The notes beneath the pieces are model-generated. The model was not told the origin of the DNA and ran no database searches. It saw only the letters and a list, made by a program, of their open reading frames with translations. Shown here one piece after another: positions 58,179-64,000 of a stretch of DNA of 64,000 nt. This DNA comes from Paludibacteraceae bacterium (GTDB lineage Bacteria; Bacteroidota; Bacteroidia; Bacteroidales; Paludibacteraceae): assembly GCA_017547145.1 (NCBI GenBank), contig JAFYQJ010000017.1:57936-121935 (forward strand). The letters are read 5' to 3'. Position numbers and translations under genes: made by a program. Numbering within the stretch: the stretch's first letter is position 1; the number at the start of each line of letters is the position of its first letter.

Positions 58179-58760
58179 CTAAAACATTTTTAGTGCAAGT
58201 TTTATAGCTTGTTCTACACTTGTAGAAGGGTTTTCTTTGAAAATCTTCTCAAGAATTTTTTGTGAAGCTGTTTGTTGAAAACCTAAAGTTGTAAGAGCAG
58301 AGAGAGCTTCGTTTTGTGCTGTATTGTACACTGGAGTTTTTGTGCTTTCAAAACCCTCTATTTTTCTAATTTTGTCTTTTAAGTCAACAACTATACGTTG
58401 TGCCGTTTTTAATCCTATGCCTTTGATATTTTTTAGTAGTGTAAAATTTTCGTTTGCAATGGCTTCTTGCAATTCTGCAGCAGATAACGAGGAAAGAATC
58501 ATCCTTGCTGTGTTAGCACCCACGCCTGATACTGATATCAATAAAAGAAATAATTCACGTTCGCTTTTCGAAAGAAATCCATATAAAACGTGAGCATCTT
58601 CTCTTATTGCTTCGTAAATATATAGCTTACAATGTTTGCTATTTAATAGTTCGGAATAGGTGGAGAGTGTGATGTTTATAGAAAAACCTATGCCGTTGGT
58701 CTCTACAACGGAAATAGCTGGTGTTAATTCTGTTATTTCTCCCTTTATGTAATCTATCAT
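58179..58760 (-). CDS. ruvA: Holliday junction branch migration protein RuvA
   Basis: [10 protein letters not shown]-terminus and helix-hairpin-helix motifs GVGANTA and [10 protein letters not shown]. Confidence 0.9.
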   Translation of the reverse strand: MIDYIKGEITELTPAISVVETNGIGFSINITLSTYSELLNSKHCKLYIYEAIREDAHVLYGFLSKSERELFLLLISVSGVGANTARMILSSLSAAELQEAIANENFTLLKNIKGIGLKTAQRIVVDLKDKIRKIEGFESTKTPVYNTAQNEALSALTTLGFQQTASQKILEKIFKENPSTSVEQAIKLALKMF

Positions 58761-58967
58761 AAATATTTATAATTCAATCTACAAAGATAAGTTTTTCTTT
58801 ATTTTTATTAAACGAAAAATCGGTACTTTTATTGCATTACTCTTATTCAAATATTTTTAGAATTTGAAAAGTAACTTTTATCTTTGTTTGCTTTTGAGAA
58901 AAAGTGAAAAACATGGGTAACGTCCACCAAAAAACAGGCAAAAGTTGTTTGTATAAGTAAAACAAGT

Positions 58968-59798
58968 ATGGAAACTTTTTTTTCGTTTTTTAAATCGCAT
59001 CTTAAATCGTTGTGCAGTTCGTTGGAATTACACGATTTTATTTTTCTTGTAGGGCAGAAACTTACGGGGCTTTCAAAAGTTGCTCTTATGACAAAAGAGT
59101 GCGTATTGAACGAATCGCAAAAACTATTGTTTTCCAGATATTGCAAAGAGTTATCCGAAAATCGTCCTATACAATATGTGCTTGGCGAAACCGATTTTTG
59201 TGAATTAAAAATTAAGGTAGATGAAAGGGCTTTGATTCCGCGCGTGGAAACATCGGAATTAGTAGATTTTGTGCTAGATTCAGCCGTAAAAGGAGCAAAA
59301 ATATTAGATATTGGAACTGGAAGTGGTTGTATTGCTATTGCATTAGCTAAAAAAATATTGAATTCTAGCGTGACGGCTTACGATATTTCGGAAGAAGCTT
59401 TGCTATTAGCGGCGGAAAATGCACATTTGAATAATGTAGAAGTATTTTTTCGACAAGTAGATATTTTGAATGGAGCAGATTCTAATGAAGATTTTGATGT
59501 CATAGTAAGTAATCCTCCTTATATTAAGCTTTCAGAACGAGAAGAAATGTGTTCAAATGTGCTTGATTATGAGCCTCATTTAGCTTTGTTTGTTCCAAAT
59601 AACGATCCTTTGATTTTTTATCGTGCAATAATTGATTTTGCAAAAAAGCATTTGTTGCCTACAGGAAGTTTGTTTTTTGAAATAAATAGAGCTTTTTCGC
59701 AAGAAATAAAAGAAATGTTGAATGAAAAAGGTTTTTCGAAGGTTGAAATACGAAAAGATATGTTTGGCAATGATAGGATGATAAGGGCTTGTTTCTAA
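58968..59798 (+). CDS. prmC: release factor glutamine N5-methyltransferase PrmC/HemK
   Basis: SAM motif ILDIGTGSGCIA and catalytic NPPY. Confidence 0.85.
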   Translation: METFFSFFKSHLKSLCSSLELHDFIFLVGQKLTGLSKVALMTKECVLNESQKLLFSRYCKELSENRPIQYVLGETDFCELKIKVDERALIPRVETSELVDFVLDSAVKGAKILDIGTGSGCIAIALAKKILNSSVTAYDISEEALLLAAENAHLNNVEVFFRQVDILNGADSNEDFDVIVSNPPYIKLSEREEMCSNVLDYEPHLALFVPNNDPLIFYRAIIDFAKKHLLPTGSLFFEINRAFSQEIKEMLNEKGFSKVEIRKDMFGNDRMIRACF

Positions 59799-59812
59799 AA
59801 CGAATATAAATT

Positions 59813-60277
59813 ATGCAAAAGAAAAAATATTCTTACGAAGAGGCATTACATCGTGTAGCAGCAATGTGCTCAATGGCAGAAAAATCGGAATGTGATATTC
59901 GCAACAAGCTTTTTGAATGGGATTTGATACCAACGGATATTGAGCGTATTTTATCTTATCTGAAAAAGGAAAATTATATCAACGAAGAACGTTTTGCTGC
60001 GGCATTTGTAAAAGATAAATTTCGTTTTTCTCAATGGGGAAAAGTAAAGATCGCATATGCTCTTCGTCAAAAAGAAATTTCTAATGAGATAATAAACAGT
60101 GCGTTAACTTTAATCGAAGACGAAGGTTATTACGAATCTTTATTGGTACTTTTAAGAAATAAGCAAAAAAGTATAAAATCGGGTAGTTCGTACGAAAAAA
60201 GTGCAAAACTTATCCGTTTTGCACAAAGTCGTGGTTTTGAACTTGATGTTATTTTAAAAGTGATAAAACAACTATAA
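59813..60277 (+). CDS. recX: RecX-family regulatory protein
   Basis: 154 aa of three-helix repeats with a CSMAEKSECDIRNKL.. pattern. Confidence 0.65.
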   Translation: MQKKKYSYEEALHRVAAMCSMAEKSECDIRNKLFEWDLIPTDIERILSYLKKENYINEERFAAAFVKDKFRFSQWGKVKIAYALRQKEISNEIINSALTLIEDEGYYESLLVLLRNKQKSIKSGSSYEKSAKLIRFAQSRGFELDVILKVIKQL

Positions 60278-60282
60278 ATTCG

Positions 60283-61422
60283 TTATGCTTTTTCTTTGTT
60301 TATGAGAATGTTAGCATATATTTCAAGCATTTTTTGTTTTAGAAATTCCATGTCTTTGTTCTCTAAATCAATAAATGCTATTTGTTGTTGAAGATAGTCT
60401 TCGAATGCTACTTTTTCTTCGTCTGTGTAGTTTGTTTTATATTTTTGTGTATGAAGCAATAAATCGTAGGCAATCATATTATTTTTATAAATACGATAGT
60501 TTGAATGAATTTTTTTATCAATAATATTTGCCGTTTCTGTTACTTGCTCGTTTTTGTTCCCATTTAATAATTCAATTTCATTGTTGATTTCTCCTCCAAA
60601 ATGGAAGTGTATATGACCTTTATAACCTTCAAGTCCTTGTTTCATATTGATAAAATCATCCATTGGAGTTTTCTTGAAGTTTTCATTATCTCTTTTTTGT
60701 TGAAATTCTTTTGCTTTAAGAAAATCACATGCATCGTATTCGTACGAAATAGTTAGTGGACAAATATGTAATTTCTTTATGCTATTTGCAAAATTGTCGT
60801 TTTGTCCAAGAACAAACATCTTTAGTAAACTTTCTTGTGTTCTATCGTTGGAGTCTTTTGCACGTCCTTCGCGTTGTGCAATCCAAATAGATTGGTTGCG
60901 TTCGCAAATGGTATGATGTATGTATGCTGATTGTCGTGCAAGTATTTGTACCATTTGTCGAATAGGAGCATTGCGTTGGATAATGAAACTTTTATTGATG
61001 CGGACTAATGTTCGAATCCAATCTTTTATAAGAAGGTTGTCTCCAATAGCAATTTCGGTCGTATTAAAACCATTGTTAAGGAGTATATAGTTCAAAAAGG
61101 CAGAATCGAGAATAATGTCTCTATGATTTGAAATAAAAAGATATGCTGTATTTTTTTCTAGCGATTCAAGACCTGAAAAAGTAATGCCTTTTGAAGTTTT
61201 TTGTTCTAATTGGCGAAGTAGCGGAGAAATGAATTGCTGTTGAAAATTATTTTTTGAATTAATGTTTTTTAGTTGGAGCTCTAACTTGTCTAACGGAATT
61301 TGTGGGAATAATTTTTGAATTAATCCCATAAATTCGACATCTGTTGTTAATTTTTCAAATGCACTTTGTAGTTCTGAATCGTAGAAAGGTCTTATTTCGT
61401 CAAAGTTGAATGTGTTTTCCAT
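60283..61422 (-). CDS. PlsC-family acyltransferase
   Basis: H(x4)D motif NHRDIILD and a downstream IAQREGRAKD block. Confidence 0.7.
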   Translation of the reverse strand: MENTFNFDEIRPFYDSELQSAFEKLTTDVEFMGLIQKLFPQIPLDKLELQLKNINSKNNFQQQFISPLLRQLEQKTSKGITFSGLESLEKNTAYLFISNHRDIILDSAFLNYILLNNGFNTTEIAIGDNLLIKDWIRTLVRINKSFIIQRNAPIRQMVQILARQSAYIHHTICERNQSIWIAQREGRAKDSNDRTQESLLKMFVLGQNDNFANSIKKLHICPLTISYEYDACDFLKAKEFQQKRDNENFKKTPMDDFINMKQGLEGYKGHIHFHFGGEINNEIELLNGNKNEQVTETANIIDKKIHSNYRIYKNNMIAYDLLLHTQKYKTNYTDEEKVAFEDYLQQQIAFIDLENKDMEFLKQKMLEIYANILINKEKA

Positions 61423-61457
61423 AACGTTTTTCTTGTATAATGCAAATGTAACATATT

Positions 61458-62801
61458 TTAAACATTAAGCAAATACTGAATATTTTTTGCTATGTTTTTT
61501 GAGCGTATTCTCCATTCTGTAGGGTAAAGGTTGTTGAATCTGTTACCTAAATTTTTAATCCATCCCAAAGGTGTATTTTTATGACAAATAGCAATATAAC
61601 CTTTTTGAGAATTATTGAGAATGAAATTTTCTTTTTGTAGAAAACAAATTGCACTTTCGTAATCGAGTTCATGAGTTAAGATGTTTCCTTTATTGAAATA
61701 TTTCGACAATGTCAATCCAGTTAAGGGGATAAAGTCTTTGCCTTTTTGTTCGTAAAGAGGAATACCTGCATGGAGGAGGTTTAGATTTTTTTGTAGAAAG
61801 CTGATAAGTTCAAGGTGCTTGTCGGGGACTGCGTAGAAAAATTGATTGTTTTGAATTACTTTAAACATTTCTTTTTCGAGTAGCACGTCAAGATTAATTT
61901 TTGTGGTTTGTGTTGGTTTTTGTTTTATTTTAATAGCGGAAGTTTGTTCTTTTTTTCGCAAAATAGATATAAAAAATCCTTCGCCTTTTGTTTTGTGTGG
62001 AAAAAAATGGTATCCAAAGTTGTTTTCTACTATTCCCCATTGTGGATTTATTTGTAAATGAAGAATTTCTGCATTAAAATGTTCGATAATCCAAGCAATA
62101 TTTTTTTCATTTTCTTCTTGGTTGTAGGTGCAAGTGCTATAAACAAGTATGCCATTTTCTTTTAAAGAATTCCAAATGTGCTCAATAATATTTTTTTGCC
62201 TATCGGCACACATTTCCACATTTTTTAAGCTCCACTCTTTGATTGAATCGCAATCTTTGCGAAACATACCTTCGCCCGAGCATGGAGCATCTACTAAAAT
62301 AAAATCGAATAATCCTCTAAATGAAGAAAAATCACTTGGGGAGTTGTTGGTAACAACGTTGTTGCAGTTGCCCCATTTCTGAATATTTTCTGATAAAATG
62401 AATGCTCTAGAGCGTACAATTTCGTTTGAGATAAGCAAACTTTCGGGTGGTAAAAGTTGGCTTAGGTGCGTAGATTTTCCGCCTGGAGCAGCACAAAGGT
62501 CTAAAGCAACAACTGGTGTTGTTATGTATTGTTTTACAACTTGTTCTAAAAACATAGAAGAAGCCTCTTGTACATAGTAAGTCCCTGCATGGAAAAGAGG
62601 ATCAAAGGTGAAAAATGGGCGTTCATTTAGGTAAAATCCGCTGTCGCACCACATCACATGTTCATTTTGTAATTTTGGTTGCAGTTTATTGTTAAATCGA
62701 ACACTGATAGGTGATTCTGCAGATAAACTAGAGAGAAACGCATCCCATTCGTTTCCTAATAATTTTTTTGTATAGTCGATAAAATCGAGCGGTAAATTCA
62801 T
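61458..62801 (-). CDS. rRNA cytosine-C5 methyltransferase (RsmB/RsmF, NOL1/NOP2/Sun family)
   Basis: DLCAAPGGKS SAM motif, and the catalytic cysteines DAPCSGEG and YSTCT. Confidence 0.85.
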   Translation of the reverse strand: MNLPLDFIDYTKKLLGNEWDAFLSSLSAESPISVRFNNKLQPKLQNEHVMWCDSGFYLNERPFFTFDPLFHAGTYYVQEASSMFLEQVVKQYITTPVVALDLCAAPGGKSTHLSQLLPPESLLISNEIVRSRAFILSENIQKWGNCNNVVTNNSPSDFSSFRGLFDFILVDAPCSGEGMFRKDCDSIKEWSLKNVEMCADRQKNIIEHIWNSLKENGILVYSTCTYNQEENEKNIAWIIEHFNAEILHLQINPQWGIVENNFGYHFFPHKTKGEGFFISILRKKEQTSAIKIKQKPTQTTKINLDVLLEKEMFKVIQNNQFFYAVPDKHLELISFLQKNLNLLHAGIPLYEQKGKDFIPLTGLTLSKYFNKGNILTHELDYESAICFLQKENFILNNSQKGYIAICHKNTPLGWIKNLGNRFNNLYPTEWRIRSKNIAKNIQYLLNV

Positions 62802-63090
62802 GTTTTTATTTTAGTCGAACAAATGTACGAAAAAGTAATTAAACGCCTTTTTTTGAATCGTATGAAGAGGGAAATTGTGCTTATTATAGTTTAAGAATAA
62901 AATAATCCTCCTACACATCTTAAAAAAGATAGTCGTACAGTCAATGCTGAATAAGGAGGATTATTTGACGCAAAAATAGATATAAAATATGAAATACAAA
63001 ATTCTTATACTCATTTTTTCATTTTCTTCTTATCCTCCAGACAGTAAGTCGAATTTTTGTATTTTTGCATTTATAAACAAAAATAAAAGC

Positions 63091-64000
63091 ATGAAACTGA
63101 AGCATCTGTCTGTAGTAAATTATAAGAATATTTTGTCGTGTGAATTAGATTTCTCGGACAAAATAAACTGCTTTGTTGGACGAAACGGAATGGGAAAAAC
63201 GAATCTATTGGATGCAATATATTATTTGTCATTTTGTAAAAGTCATACAAATTCGATTGATAGTCAGGTGGTTGCTCATGATGAGGATTTTTTAGTATTA
63301 CAAGGCGTTTATGATAGAAAATCGTTAGAAGAAAATATTTATTGTGGAATAAAGCGTCGACAAAAAAAGCAATTTAAACGCAATAAGGTTGCTTATACGA
63401 AGTATTCAGAGCATATTGGATTTTTGCCATTAGTGTTGGTATCACCAGCAGATTCTTCGTTGATTTTAGACGGTAGTGAAGAGCGTCGTCGATTTATGGA
63501 TATAGTTATTTCTCAATACGATAAGGCATATTTGAATGCTTTGATACGTTATAATGTCGCATTGCAAAATCGAAATTCGCTTTTGAAATTAGAGGCGGCA
63601 GATGGGTTAATGTTTGACCTTTATGAAGAAGAAATGGCCGAAGCAGCATCATTGATATTTGCAAGTAGAAATGATTTTATTCAACGTTTTGTCCCTATAT
63701 TTCAGTATTATTATAATACACTTGCCGATGGGAATGAGTCTGTTTCTTTGAAATATACTTCGCATTTGTTTGATTCGCAAAATCTTATTGATATTTTACG
63801 TTCAACACGCAATCGTGATGCAATAATTGGATTTTCTACAAAAGGGATTCATAAAGACGATTTGGAGATGTTGCTTGGCGATTATCCTATAAAACGAATT
63901 GGCTCGCAAGGACAAAATAAAACTTATTTAATTGCATTGAAATTTGCTCAATTCGATTTCTTAAAAGAGATAAACGATGGCATGTCGCCGATTTTATTGT
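63091..64000 (+). CDS. recF: DNA replication and repair protein RecF (3' end beyond the window)
   Basis: MKLKHLSVVNYKNI...FVGRNGMGKTNLLDAIYYLS (Walker A). The frame is open to the window end. A TATTTTTG box lies upstream. Confidence 0.9.
   Translation, partial: MKLKHLSVVNYKNILSCELDFSDKINCFVGRNGMGKTNLLDAIYYLSFCKSHTNSIDSQVVAHDEDFLVLQGVYDRKSLEENIYCGIKRRQKKQFKRNKVAYTKYSEHIGFLPLVLVSPADSSLILDGSEERRRFMDIVISQYDKAYLNALIRYNVALQNRNSLLKLEAADGLMFDLYEEEMAEAASLIFASRNDFIQRFVPIFQYYYNTLADGNESVSLKYTSHLFDSQNLIDILRSTRNRDAIIGFSTKGIHKDDLEMLLGDYPIKRIGSQGQNKTYLIALKFAQFDFLKEINDGMSPILL

Overview
AT-rich Bacteroidota chromosome segment. It looks Bacteroidales-like: many TAnnTTTG -7 promoter boxes, the T9SS translocon SprA, and TRL, DUF4296, SPOR and FISUMP-type lipoproteins. 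Most of the window is housekeeping: TrmH-family methyltransferase, Omp85/TamA-like, DPP-IV, sugar transporter plus ROK kinase, LspA, DksA, MlaEF-like ABC, RlmD, TruA, MltG, RNase Z, RarA, HisH/HisF, PepD, OPT transporter, CapD-like dehydratase, GlnS, PyrH, Frr, FloA/NfeD, nitroreductase, MetY, YigZ, SprA, RuvA, PrmC, RecX, acyltransferase, RsmF-like, RecF, plus tRNA-fMet and tRNA-Ser. There are two CRISPR-Cas loci. (1) 9.75-15.75 kb holds a complete type II-C locus: cas9 (1426 aa), cas1, cas2 and a 47-nt-repeat array with 2 spacers. I predict its tracrRNA divergently upstream of cas9, and Bacteroidetes-type promoters inside each repeat, so the array is read antisense to the cas genes. (2) 37.3-39.2 kb holds the most interesting item, an orphan miniature type V locus. 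It encodes a ~482-aa Cas12f/Cas14-like (TnpB-derived) RuvC plus zinc-ribbon protein, interrupted by one in-frame TAG. Next to it lie a 145-nt hairpin-rich non-coding segment (tracrRNA/scaffold candidate) and a 3-repeat (36 nt) / 30-nt-spacer mini-array. There are no adaptation genes and no recognisable IS ends. A 17-nt stretch in the type V array tail recurs immediately beside the II-C array. Other second-look items: candidate small RNAs and structured leaders (0.7-1.8 kb and 20.85-21.0 kb), a REP-like cluster of four GC-rich hairpins with compensatory changes (50.03-50.18 kb), an AT-rich translationally coupled operon of unknown function (21.4-24.8 kb), and an isolated hisH-hisF pair. All calls rest on reading the sequence and ORF translations by eye; no database search was run.
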